In this document: one piece after another, positions 28,118 to 38,042 of the stretch | Layout of the letters: each line of letters starts with the position of its first letter | Position numbering within the stretch: the stretch's first letter is position 1 | Assembly: GCA_037380845.1 (NCBI GenBank) | Contig: JARRRI010000035.1 | Span: 1 to 64,000, forward strand | Source: Candidatus Sulfobium sp. | Lineage (GTDB): Bacteria; Nitrospirota; Thermodesulfovibrionia; Thermodesulfovibrionales; UBA6898 | Length of the DNA stretch: 64,000 nt | Reading direction: 5' to 3' | The notes under the pieces: model-generated | What the model was told of the DNA's origin: nothing | The model's database searches: none | Seen by the model: only the letters and a program-made list of their open reading frames with translations | Made by a program: the position numbers and the translations under genes

Positions 28118-28190
28118 ATCTAACAACTCCATTGAGGCCGACGCGGATTAACGCTGGCACCTTTTCAAGCCGGCCTTCTTGCCGGCGCGA
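28118..28190 (+). other. Truncated attC (right arm missing)
   Basis: ATCTAAC complements GTTAGAT; no GTT end found. Confidence 0.6.
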
Positions 28191-28519
28191 GCACTTTCTC
28201 AGAAGCGGGTAGCGGCATGAGGCAGAGCAGCTTATCACTTAAAAACTGCTTTCAGCTGACCAAACATGGTCCTCACTTCACCTCAGACAGGCAAGGCATT
28301 AAACTTTAGTCTTATTTCTTCATTGATACCTCAGGTCAATATGCATAGTGATGCTTTCCGCATATAATGAAGTAAGGGATATCCCGCCTTGAATCCCCCC
28401 GGGCAAAGAAGTCTTGCCTTTCGCTCAAGGGATGATTGTGGCGATTATAGCAGGTGAGTCATTTGTAGTGGCGAACGAATTCCGCGGAACAAAAATCTCG
28501 AGAAAAGGGGTGCCGACAA

Positions 28520-30919
28520 ATGGACTGCAGAGAAATGTATAAAGTTCGTAAAGATTGTTGTGTTTTATGTTTCGTCAAGTGGTTGAGGCCCATGAATTGG
28601 AGGTCTGCGATTATGAGTTGGCGAAATATTGTTTCTCGAGTGCAGGATTCCGTCCCGCAACGGGCGGCCGTTGTGTCGCTGGCATTTGTTTGCCTGATCG
28701 CTTGGGCGGCAAGCGCCGATGCGGCTGGTCTCACAAGAACGCTTGGTGGGATCGTCAAAGGCGCCGGCGGTGCGCAGACTGGGTACGACGTATCCCTCTA
28801 CGCTGCCTTCCCCGGCGGGCCTTTCAATGAACTCCTGGGCAACGACACCACTGACGGCGGGGGCAGCTTCGAGATTAAGTACCGGCCTCTGCCCGAGGGT
28901 CACACGAAACCGGTCCTCTACGTTCTCGCAGAAAAAGGCAAGGCGATGCTGGCCGGTGCGGTCGGTGGCCTGTCGAAGCACGATCATGTCGTCGTCAACG
29001 AACTGACCACGGTGGCGATGGGGACGGCGTTCGCACAATTCATCGATGGTCGCGACATCAGCGGCAACACCTATGGCATGCTCAATGCGGTCGGGATGGC
29101 CGCAAACATGGCAAATCCGAAGACCGGCGCAATCGGCGAGGTCCTGGACAACGGTCCCAACGGCAGCGAAACCTCGACGCGCAAGACGTTCTACTCTATG
29201 GCCAACATCCTTGCGGCTTGCGTCGACAACCCCGTCAATTGCGACGATCTATTCGACTATGCAACGCCGATCGGCGGGCCAGCACCGGCAACTGTGCTGC
29301 AAGCCCTGGCGAACATGACCAGGTATCCTTCGGGACGAACGATCTCCAATGCCGACGGTTTGTTCGGCCTCTCTTTGGAAGACCAGGTTTACGGCCCGGC
29401 GCTATCGTCAAACCCCTCGTCGTGGCTGCTGTTCATCAAGTTTACCGGCGTTATCGGCGATCGCGCCGGCCAATACAGCTCTGACAATCTGTTCAGCGGG
29501 CCCGGCCAGATCGGATTCGACGAGCGCGGTTTTGCCTGGATCAACGATAACTACACACCCTCCGACTTTGACCCTAGAAATCCCCTCGATTTGATCGGTG
29601 ACCCTACCATGGAGCAAATCGGGTGTGCCGGTCTGCGGCTGCTCAAATTTTATCCGTCGGGCAAGCCCTTCCCGGGCGTACCGTATTTCGGCGGCGGCCT
29701 GAGCGGAGCCGGCTTCGGCATTGCCCTCGACCCGCGCGGCAAGGTCTGGGTGGGGAATTTCGGCTTTGAATCGCCGCTTTGCACCGTCCCGCCTTTTCCG
29801 CCTGACTCGGAAAAAATCCCCGCAACCCATGACAGCATCTCCTTGTTCCTCCCCAACGGCACGCCGATCTCCGTCCCCGACGGCTTCACCAATGGCCACA
29901 TCTGGTGGCCGCAGGGCATGGCCGCCGACAAGGCGGGCGATATCTGGGTTGGAAACTGCGGCAATGACACGGTGACGCTGATCCCGCGCGGCATACCCTC
30001 GCAGGCCCGGAATTTCCCGCTCCCCGGCGGACTGGTGGATAAAGGGGGGCCCTATGACCCGCCGATGCTGATGTACAGGTTCAGTACTCCCAGGCCGCTC
30101 ATCAAGCCTTTCGGTCTTGCGCTCGATCCCAAGGGGCGCGCCTGGGTAGTCGGGAATGCCATCGGGTTTAAACAAAGCACGACACCCACAATATACTACA
30201 CCGGCGGCCTCTACCGGATCTCGAAAGATGGGTCGATCGTCACGATAGCGCTGCCCGGGGACCAGCTCTTGACCTTCCCGATGGGCATCGCCGGCGACAG
30301 CAGGGGAAATATGTGGGTAACGAACTCGGATCACGTGAGCGTTCCCTGCGTGACCCCGTTCTCGACGGATCAAGGCGGTGGATTCGGACCGTCGCTGGTC
30401 TATTTCCCGGCGGATAGCAGTGATGCAAGCGGGGCTCGGGTGTTCGGCACAGAGCCTGACAATACGGGCGGGCTCACCATCCCGTGGGGCGATTTTGTCG
30501 ATGGAAACGACACGGTCTGGGTGTTCAATTTCGGCGTCGATCCGAACGATTCTTCATCGCACACCACGCCGCTTTCGCAGTTCTGCGGCGCAGGCAAATG
30601 TCCGGCAGGCTTGAAGCTGGGCGATGCGATCTCTCCTCCAACTGGGTATTTGTCCGATGCCCTAGACCGGGTTACCGGCGGCGGCGTCGATCCGTCGGGC
30701 AACATCTGGATTCTCAACAACTGGAAGAAGCTCGCTCCCCTAAAGGTCGGCGGCGACAATCCACCCCCTTATCCGTCCGATTATCCGGTTTTCGAGCGAA
30801 ATCCCGGCGGCAACTCGTTCGTCATTGTCCCGGGTGCAGCTGCTCCCATCAAGACACCCTTGCTCGGACCGCCGGAATCCTTTGACAACAGCAAACACCC
30901 CTCCCCCGGGAGCCGGTAA
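28520..30919 (+). CDS. Large secreted NHL/beta-propeller repeat protein (true start probably ~28612)
   Basis: Signal peptide, repeated G(I/L)A.D..G..WV.N motifs; GC-rich relative to the cassettes. Confidence 0.8.
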   Translation: MDCREMYKVRKDCCVLCFVKWLRPMNWRSAIMSWRNIVSRVQDSVPQRAAVVSLAFVCLIAWAASADAAGLTRTLGGIVKGAGGAQTGYDVSLYAAFPGGPFNELLGNDTTDGGGSFEIKYRPLPEGHTKPVLYVLAEKGKAMLAGAVGGLSKHDHVVVNELTTVAMGTAFAQFIDGRDISGNTYGMLNAVGMAANMANPKTGAIGEVLDNGPNGSETSTRKTFYSMANILAACVDNPVNCDDLFDYATPIGGPAPATVLQALANMTRYPSGRTISNADGLFGLSLEDQVYGPALSSNPSSWLLFIKFTGVIGDRAGQYSSDNLFSGPGQIGFDERGFAWINDNYTPSDFDPRNPLDLIGDPTMEQIGCAGLRLLKFYPSGKPFPGVPYFGGGLSGAGFGIALDPRGKVWVGNFGFESPLCTVPPFPPDSEKIPATHDSISLFLPNGTPISVPDGFTNGHIWWPQGMAADKAGDIWVGNCGNDTVTLIPRGIPSQARNFPLPGGLVDKGGPYDPPMLMYRFSTPRPLIKPFGLALDPKGRAWVVGNAIGFKQSTTPTIYYTGGLYRISKDGSIVTIALPGDQLLTFPMGIAGDSRGNMWVTNSDHVSVPCVTPFSTDQGGGFGPSLVYFPADSSDASGARVFGTEPDNTGGLTIPWGDFVDGNDTVWVFNFGVDPNDSSSHTTPLSQFCGAGKCPAGLKLGDAISPPTGYLSDALDRVTGGGVDPSGNIWILNNWKKLAPLKVGGDNPPPYPSDYPVFERNPGGNSFVIVPGAAAPIKTPLLGPPESFDNSKHPSPGSR

Positions 30920-30970
30920 CGTGAAGGCTTCGCAGGCGAACCGCGCCCCGCTGTCGAGCTGGGCCTCCGA

Positions 30971-31011
30971 GGGGTCAGAAAATATAAATGGGTCACATAA
31001 TGGGTGACCCC
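30971..31011. repeat. 41-bp mini-element bounded by GGGGTCA...TGACCCC
   Basis: Same terminal motif as the Y1 element; internal GGGTCAC/GTGACCC palindrome. Confidence 0.55.
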
Positions 31012-31062
31012 ATAGACGATCCTCGCCACCCTGCGTCCGGTTCGCTCAACTCGCCGTTCGGC
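31012..31062 (+). other. Right half of an attC (R' GTTCGGC)
   Basis: GTTCGGCGTTT matches, with one mismatch, the complement of AAACGCCTAAC ending the next cassette. Confidence 0.7.
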
Positions 31063-31077
31063 GTTTAGGAGCATCAT

Positions 31078-31728
31078 ATGACCGCTCAAGAACTCGTAAT
31101 TGAGCCGCCGATTAAGGGGCATTGGACAATCTACAACCCCCCGGGCCACCCTCACCTTGCGTTTGATTTTCTTGCAGTAGATGACCACAAGTCTCTTTAC
31201 AGCAAAGGCAATTTCCTGAGGCATCTGGTTTCATTTATTCAGGTCGAGGATACACACACGTGGTCACGTCCCGTATTCTCCCCAGTTGACGGAGTTGTTG
31301 TCGAAAGCCACGGTACTGAAAATGACTGCAAGAGGATATCGTTTATCTACGATCTGTTCTCTCTCCTCATCAATAAACCAAAAGTGGCTGACGGCTTTGG
31401 GGCATTTGGCGGGAACCACGTAATGATTCGAGCGGAAGATATTTTTGTGTTGCTTTGTCACTTGCGGCAGGGATCATTGCAGGTAGGCAAAGGCGATGTC
31501 GTGAAGGTGGGCCGGAAAATTGGGGAAGTTGGGAACTCAGGATCATCAATTCAACCGCACCTGCACCTTCAGGTTATGAGTAATGATCAATACTTTCCTC
31601 TCTTTGTCAACTTACTGCCTTTCAAATTCAACAGAGGCAAGATAAAACAAGGTGGCGGTTGGGAAACAAAGCAGAACTTCGAGCTAAAGAACAGGGCGCA
31701 TTATCTGTTTGAAAGTGAAAACGCCTAA
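31078..31728 (+). CDS. Cassette: M23-family metallopeptidase
   Basis: GNHV.I..HL..GS..V..G..IGEVGNSGSS..PHLH. Confidence 0.85.
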   Translation: MTAQELVIEPPIKGHWTIYNPPGHPHLAFDFLAVDDHKSLYSKGNFLRHLVSFIQVEDTHTWSRPVFSPVDGVVVESHGTENDCKRISFIYDLFSLLINKPKVADGFGAFGGNHVMIRAEDIFVLLCHLRQGSLQVGKGDVVKVGRKIGEVGNSGSSIQPHLHLQVMSNDQYFPLFVNLLPFKFNRGKIKQGGGWETKQNFELKNRAHYLFESENA

Positions 31729-31803
31729 CAACGCGTTCAACTCCGACTCGCAAAAGCGGCGCTTCACCCCCCTTTTGCCAGCAGGTTAACACGAACGTTA
31801 GGC
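31723..31803 (+). other. attC site
   Basis: GCCTAAC...GTTAGGC, 81 bp. Confidence 0.88.
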
Positions 31804-31835
31804 CTCAACTCCATAGACACAAGGAGAAACAGGAA

Positions 31836-32071
31836 GTGAAGCGAACTAACCAAATGGCCGGTTTTCTTACTCTACTGTTGGCGGGCTTTCTGTCCGTTAC
31901 CATTGTTGCGCCAGTTGCGCGTGCCAAAGACGCAACGCTGGAAAAACCGGCTGAGAGTATAACGTCTCTACTCCAACAGATGGTCGGTACGTGGGATGTC
32001 CAGCAGCGCATGTGGCCAGGCCCCGATGCTCATGCAATCAATCTTCCGGCGGCTGAGCTTCATCGTTATGC
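31836..32071 (+). pseudogene. Truncated cassette (secreted protein N-terminus) fused to an attC right arm
   Basis: Signal peptide and MVGTWDV then GCGGCTGAGCTTCATCGTTATGC with no left arm. Confidence 0.6.
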
Positions 32072-32086
32072 GAGAAAGGTGACGCA

Positions 32087-32572
32087 GTGAACGATATTCA
32101 AATTCGCCATGCAGAGCCATTTGACTATGCGCCTGTTATTTCCGTAGTTAACGGTTGGTGGGGTGGTCGAAACATGGCGGATATGCTGCCAAAGCTTTTC
32201 TTCGTCCACTTTCGTCAAACCAGTTTTGTGGTTGACAAAGACGGAAATATTGTAGGTTTTATCGTAGTCTTCGTTTCACAGACATTCCCCAATGAAGCCT
32301 ACATCCACTTTGTCGGCGTGCATCCTGCATTCCGAAAGAAAGGTATAGGGCGTGCACTCTATAAACAATTTTTCGAGGCAGCCAGGAAATTGGGTTGCAC
32401 CATTGTTCGTTGCGTTACTTCACCTGTTAACAAGGAATCTGTTGTCTTTCATCAACGCTTGGGTTTTTCAATGGAGTCGGGCAACAAAGAGATTGAAGGT
32501 ATTCCTGTGGCAGAAGCCTATGACGGAAGAGGTGAAGATCGTGTGTTGTTCTACAAGGATATTGGCACATAA
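32087..32572 (+). CDS. GNAT acetyltransferase (cassette-like)
   Basis: HFVGVHPAFRKKGIGR motif A; N..S..FH..LGF. Confidence 0.88.
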   Translation: MNDIQIRHAEPFDYAPVISVVNGWWGGRNMADMLPKLFFVHFRQTSFVVDKDGNIVGFIVVFVSQTFPNEAYIHFVGVHPAFRKKGIGRALYKQFFEAARKLGCTIVRCVTSPVNKESVVFHQRLGFSMESGNKEIEGIPVAEAYDGRGEDRVLFYKDIGT

Positions 32573-32612
32573 GAATGCCTTGACCAGCAGTGAAAAGGAT
32601 TGGAAAGAGATA

Positions 32613-33017
32613 TTGATACGACTTGAACATAAATTGCCAACGGTTTCCGAATATACATACCTGAGAGATTCTGTAGGTTGGTTGAAAATCGACGAACAGG
32701 CTGCGGAAATTGCTCTAAGCAACTCTTTGTTTTCAGTGGTAGCCTTAGAGAACAACGAGATAGTAGGCCTTGGTCGCATTGTTGGAGACGGTGGCATTTA
32801 TTATTACATTCAGGATTTGATAGTTCATCCGAGATTGCAGAGACAGAGCATTGGCAAGAAATTGATGGACGAGCTCATGACTTACATTAACGCGAATGCA
32901 AAGACGGGTGCGTTTGTTGGCCTGATGGCGGCAAAGGGACTTGAAAGATACTATGAATCATTTGGCTTCAAGGCGCGTAATCAAGACGCCCCTGGAATGT
33001 ATCAGGTAATTGAATGA
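32613..33017 (+). CDS. GNAT acetyltransferase (start uncertain)
   Basis: GRIVGDG..YYIQDLIVHP..Q..IG; YESFGF. Confidence 0.8.
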   Translation: MIRLEHKLPTVSEYTYLRDSVGWLKIDEQAAEIALSNSLFSVVALENNEIVGLGRIVGDGGIYYYIQDLIVHPRLQRQSIGKKLMDELMTYINANAKTGAFVGLMAAKGLERYYESFGFKARNQDAPGMYQVIE

Positions 33018-33073
33018 GTCCTCTTCTTTGTGGAATACCGCAGAAAGCATGTGCTGCCTTTGCTTTAGGAGTT

Positions 33074-33583
33074 TCACCGGCGGTCAACTATCTGTGCAAT
33101 CTCAATATTGTTGCCTTCCGTATCATTAAACCAGGCGCCTTTAAGAGCACCAAATTGAGCAATGCTGTTTACCGTCTTGAGTTGAGGAGTATCATATTCC
33201 AAAAATGCTATATTCTTCGCTTTGAGTTCGCCCACCACCTTCTCAATGTCTTCTACCAAAAATGAGATAACCGTATGATCGGCCCTGGTTGGAGCGCGCT
33301 GGAAGAGATAAATTTGTGTTTGAGCCCCGGCTTCGTAAAGCGCTCCGGGGTTGAGAGGACCGGACAGGCCTGCAGCCACAAGTTTCAATCCCAACGTCTC
33401 TTCGTAAAACTTTCGGGCCCTGGCCAGATCTCCCACCGGCAACATGGTTACAGCTTTTGCATTATTTAGTGTTGAACCCATTGCGTTTGGCGGCATATGC
33501 CCTTCGTGATTCATCTCTCCGAAAACGAGGGCTTGCTTGTGGCTTACATACTCCAAGCCTACCATACGCTGAAAATGTGTCAA
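33074..33583 (-). CDS. VOC/glyoxalase family protein (start probably downstream, ~33484)
   Basis: PV.DL.RA..FY...LGL; AWF.D.EGN..E. Confidence 0.8.
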   Translation of the reverse strand: MTHFQRMVGLEYVSHKQALVFGEMNHEGHMPPNAMGSTLNNAKAVTMLPVGDLARARKFYEETLGLKLVAAGLSGPLNPGALYEAGAQTQIYLFQRAPTRADHTVISFLVEDIEKVVGELKAKNIAFLEYDTPQLKTVNSIAQFGALKGAWFNDTEGNNIEIAQIVDRR

Positions 33584-33792
33584 GACTCGAACCTATTTTC
33601 AAAACAATGCATCCAAGAGGCCCGCGATTCAGGTTTGCAGCACCTGCACTTAAGAATTGACACCTCCTCTGTTTGGTGATATCTGTAATAGAGAACTCTG
33701 TGTATCGAGGGCGGCATGGGCGAAGTGTATAATGCCGGAGTCCATAGATTTAGGTCGCTACGTCACGGACCAATAACCCTGGGGAGCGTATC

Positions 33793-35226
33793 ATGAACGA
33801 AAAGAGAGAAGCGGACATCATCATTGTCGGCGTCGGAACTTGTGGCGAGGATCTTTCCCTGCGGCTCCTCGCCGCGGGCCTCGATGTGATCGGCATCGAA
33901 TCCAGCCTCATCGGGGGTGAATGCCCGTACTGGGCCTGCATTCCGTCCAAGGTCATGGTCCAGGCGGCCGAAGCGGTGTGGACGACCCGCAGAGCCTCTT
34001 TAATGACGGGGATCCCCGGGGTAAAGCCGAACTGGGCCCCGGTGGCGGAGCGGCTACGCTGGATCACCGGAGGATGGAAGGATTCGGTCGCGGTGGAGCG
34101 CTACAATCGGCGCGGCGGCACGATGATCAAGGGCCGCGGGCGGCTGACCGGTCCCCGTACGGTTGCCGTCGCTGACCGTACATACACGGCCCGCCGCGGC
34201 ATCGTCATCGCCGTCGGTTCGAAGCCGTTTATTCCCCCGATTCCCGGAATTCAGAACGTCGATTTCTGGACTACCCATGAAGTGATGAAGATGGACGCAC
34301 TTCCCAAGTCCATGATTATCCTCGGCGGTGGAAATGCCGGCTGCGAGCTGGGACAGGTACTGGCCCGGTTCGGGGTGGATGTGACCATACTCCAGGCCGG
34401 GGACCGCCTCATGTCGCGCGAGGAACCGGAAGTTTCCGAAACGGTGGAGGCTACATTCCGGGATGAAGGCATTGATGTCCGCACGAGAACGCGGGCAGAA
34501 CGGATGGAAGTGCGCGACGGGTCGATTGCGGTCGCGCTCTCCGGCGGAGCGGAAATAACGGGGGAACGCCTCCTGGTCGCAGCCGGACGCGTGATTGACC
34601 TCAGCGGCCTGGGACTCGAATCGGCCGGACTCGACCCCAAGGCGCGGAACATCGAAGTGGACGACCGCATGCGCGCCACCGACGGGATCTGGGCGATGGG
34701 AGACGTCACCGGCAAATCTCTCCAGACCCACGTCGCGGAGTACCAGTCTGCAGTTATCGCCGCCCAAATCCTGGGACAAGACCACCCGCCTGCGCGTTAC
34801 GATGCCGTGCCCCGGGGCATCTTCACCGATCCGGAAGTCGGAGCCGTCGGCATGACCGAGGCCCTGGCTTCGCATGCGGGGATAGACACGGCCGTCGCCC
34901 TTAAGAAGCTTCCGTTGACCTTTCGGGGCCTCATCGACGGGGTGGACCGCGGCTTCATCAAGCTTGTTGCGGATCGAAGCGCCGGCGTTCTGGTGGGAGC
35001 GACGGTAGTGGGCCCGCGCGGCACCGACATGCTCGGCATGCTCAACCTGGCAGTCCATGCGCGAGTCCCGATCGCGGAGCTGAAGACGATGATCTATGCC
35101 TTCCCATCCTACTACGGCACGATAGGCGAGGCCCTTGGCGTCCGGCGGGGCCTCACAACCGTTCTCGACCCGGACTACCGCGGCGTCGAAGCCCTCGATT
35201 GTTTGAAGAAACAGGGAGGTCATTAA
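33793..35226 (+). CDS. Class I pyridine nucleotide-disulfide oxidoreductase (dihydrolipoamide dehydrogenase-like)
   Basis: [13 protein letters not shown] redox motif, GGG..G.E, GDV, FTDPE. Confidence 0.88.
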   Translation: MNEKREADIIIVGVGTCGEDLSLRLLAAGLDVIGIESSLIGGECPYWACIPSKVMVQAAEAVWTTRRASLMTGIPGVKPNWAPVAERLRWITGGWKDSVAVERYNRRGGTMIKGRGRLTGPRTVAVADRTYTARRGIVIAVGSKPFIPPIPGIQNVDFWTTHEVMKMDALPKSMIILGGGNAGCELGQVLARFGVDVTILQAGDRLMSREEPEVSETVEATFRDEGIDVRTRTRAERMEVRDGSIAVALSGGAEITGERLLVAAGRVIDLSGLGLESAGLDPKARNIEVDDRMRATDGIWAMGDVTGKSLQTHVAEYQSAVIAAQILGQDHPPARYDAVPRGIFTDPEVGAVGMTEALASHAGIDTAVALKKLPLTFRGLIDGVDRGFIKLVADRSAGVLVGATVVGPRGTDMLGMLNLAVHARVPIAELKTMIYAFPSYYGTIGEALGVRRGLTTVLDPDYRGVEALDCLKKQGGH

Positions 35227-35492
35227 TGCCATATATTGAAATCGATGCCCGAAAGAGACTGGAAAGCGGAAACCGGCCACAGACTGCCGGCGAACTGAAC
35301 TACCTGATTACGAAACTGGTGGATGATTATTTGCTTGAAAAAGGCGAGATACGATACGGTCATCTCAACGAAGCGATCGGTGTACTCGAATGTGCGAAGC
35401 TCGAGTTATACAGGCGCATCGCCGCTCCGTATGAGGACCGGAAGCTTTTGCAGGCCGGTGACGTCTATCATATTCATCCTGAAAAGAAGTGA
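35226..35492 (+). CDS. Small conserved protein (DUF6899-like)
   Basis: MPYI...GELNY.IT...[17 protein letters not shown]. Confidence 0.7.
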   Translation: MPYIEIDARKRLESGNRPQTAGELNYLITKLVDDYLLEKGEIRYGHLNEAIGVLECAKLELYRRIAAPYEDRKLLQAGDVYHIHPEKK

Positions 35493-35498
35493 CATAGT

Positions 35499-38025
35499 TC
35501 AGTTTCCTCCCTTCGATTTCGCCCTGCGCGTGGGGACGGCGTTCCACGGGTCGTCCGGCCAGGGATGTTTCGGGTAGCGGCCCTTCAGTTCTTTTTTTAC
35601 TTCCCGGTAGCCTCCGTTCCAGAAGCCCCTGAGGTCCTGAGTAATCTGGACCGGCCTCCGCGCAGGTGAAAGGAGTTGCAGTAAGACCTTCACCCTTCCC
35701 CCGGCAATTTCGGGAGTATCGGCAAGACCGAACATCTCCTGGAGCTTCACTGCAAGCACCGGCGTTTCGCCGGAATAATCGAGACGCACACTGTGACCGC
35801 TGGGAACGGTTACAGAAGCGGGTGCGCGTTCATCGAGGAGTTGCAATTCCTTCCATGAGAGTTGTGCCCTTAACGCGGGCAGTAGGTCAAGAGATGACAG
35901 TTCTCGCGCACTCCGGACACCCGTCAGCCAGGGCAGCAGCCATTCTTCGGCCGAAGACCTGAGGCGTTCATCCGAAAGGTCAGGCCAATCCTCTTCGGGA
36001 AAAACCCTCCGCACAAGGGAGACACGCGACTTGAACTGTCCTGCCTCCCTGCCGAAGCTAAGCATGCCGTATTCCGACCTGATAGCTTCGCAGAGCAGAG
36101 GGAGACACTCCTCTTCGGACGGACTTAACAACCGTTGGGAGAGGAGGACAGCGCCTATCTTCTCTTCGGCAGTTCCCGTAATTCTCCTGCTTCTTTTGTC
36201 CCATTCCACCCTCCGGACAGTCTCTATCCTTCCCTCGCACTCCTCCCGAACTACTTCCTCGTCAACGGATGCCGCGATGTAAATAATCCCTTCCGCTTTT
36301 TCACCTGCGTCGACGTCAAGTGCAACAATGAATGCGCCGCCGCTCAGGCTGCTTTCAGGGGAAAGTCTCACCCCCCTTCCCTGTACGAGCAGAAAGCGGC
36401 CTCCCCCTTTCTCCCGCTTTTTGGCGACCCTGTCAGGGAACCCTGAAACCAGAAGACGGGACAACGTGTCCGCATCCGGACTCTCCTGATATGCCTTTCC
36501 CGACCTTCCCTGCATAAGGCGCAAAAGCTGCGCTGAGGTCCGCTCTACTGCCAGGAGGGCACGCGGGTCCGAGCCGGCCACTCCCTTCCCTCTTCTCCAC
36601 AGGCCCAGCCTTTCGATTCTTCCCGCCATGTCGGGGTCACCTCCCCGCAAGCCGACCTGCCCGTCCCTCTTCATGACATCCCTCTCCGAAAGCAAGGCGG
36701 CAATGTCCGCACCGAGACGGGGACACCCGAGATCGGAGGCCCTGACCATCAGCCTCGCAAGCCTGGGGTGGATCGGAAGCCGGGCCATGGTCTTCCCTGC
36801 CGCCGTGACGGAAAAGTCAGCGTCAAGAGCGCCGAGATCCCTCAGCAGTCCCCGGGCGGAGTCCCACGCCGCCGGAGGCGGAGGGTCGAGCCAGGAAAGC
36901 GCCCCGGGGTTTTTCACGCCCCACACCGCAAGTTCAAGGACCAGAGACGAAAGGTCCGATGTGGAAATCCCGGGGGGCGCAAATGGGACCATCCCCTCAT
37001 AAGCATGCCGACTGTAAAGGCGATAGCAGACTCCCGGCCCAAGCCTTCCGGCCCTTCCCTTGCGCTGCACCGCGGACGCCTGCGACACGTTAAGGGTCAT
37101 GAGGCGGTTCATTCCCGTCGCGGGGTCATACTGCAGGCGGCGCGTCAGACCGCTGTCTATTACGACGCCGACCCCCTCTATCGTGAGGCTGGTTTCGGCT
37201 ATGTTCGTAGCGAGAATAACCTTTCGTCTGTTCGAAGGGAGAATGGCCCTTTCCTGCTCCTCGAAAGACAGGTCCCGATAAAGCGGATGAAGGGAAACCC
37301 CGTTCTCTCCTTTCGGCAGCAAACCGAGCCTGTCAGTGCACGATCTGATTTCCCCGGCTCCGGGTAGAAAAACGAGTATATCGCCTGCCGTATCCCTGAG
37401 CGCTACTTCCACCGCATCAACCACCTTCTCGGGAAGATGTTTCTCCCGCCCCTGCGGCGAGATAGCGCTCCTCCACCGGGAATGACCTGCCGCCCGCACT
37501 GATGACCGGTGCGTGCCCCAGCATGGAGGCTACAGGGCCGCAGTCGAGGGTCGCCGACATGACAAGTATCCGCAGATCCTCTCTTAGGGCTTTGCGGATA
37601 TCCATGCAGAGTGCCAGAGCAAGGTCCCCCTGAAGGCTCCTCTCATGGAACTCGTCAAAGATGACCATTGCTACGCCCTCAAGGCCCGGATCTGACTGGA
37701 TACGCCGGATAAGAATGCCCTCCGTGACAACTTCTATCCTCGTCGATTCCGAGACCCGGCTGTCGAACCGGATCCTGTAACCCACCGTCCTGCCGACCTC
37801 CTCGCCGAGGGTGCGGGCCATCCACCGGGCGGCCGAAACCGCGGCTATCCTCCGCGGTTCAAGCATTACAATCCGGCCCTGTTGACGCGTTATTGCGTCA
37901 AGCAGAGCAAGGGGCATACGCGTCGTTTTCCCTGCGCCCGGAGGAGCATGGAGGACGGCCGCTGATTTCTCTTCCACGGCTTCTTTCAGTTTGGGAAGCA
38001 CGCCGTCTACGGGAAAGGAATTCAT
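35499..38025 (-). pseudogene. hrpB: ATP-dependent helicase HrpB, frameshifted near 37450 (real or assembly error)
   Basis: GAGKTT, DEFHER, MSAT in one frame; FLPG, TNIAETSLT, QR.GRAGR, YPKHPWP in the other. Confidence 0.88.
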
Positions 38026-38042
38026 GATTCTGCGACACTCAA

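Larger units (their letters stand above)
19838..33017. mobile_element. Complete integron: intI, attI and cassette array (distal limit approximate)
   Basis: intI divergent from co-oriented AT-rich ORFs separated by attC sites. Confidence 0.9.

Noticed and set aside
21832..31803. CRISPR array
   Set aside because: Repeats are degenerate palindromes separated by whole ORFs (attC); no cas genes.
32352..32612. N-terminal part of the 221-aa ORF
   Set aside because: Overlaps the upstream GNAT in another frame; only the C-terminal part is GNAT-like.
33793..35226. Mercuric reductase MerA
   Set aside because: No N-terminal HMA domain, no C-terminal CC pair, no mer genes nearby.
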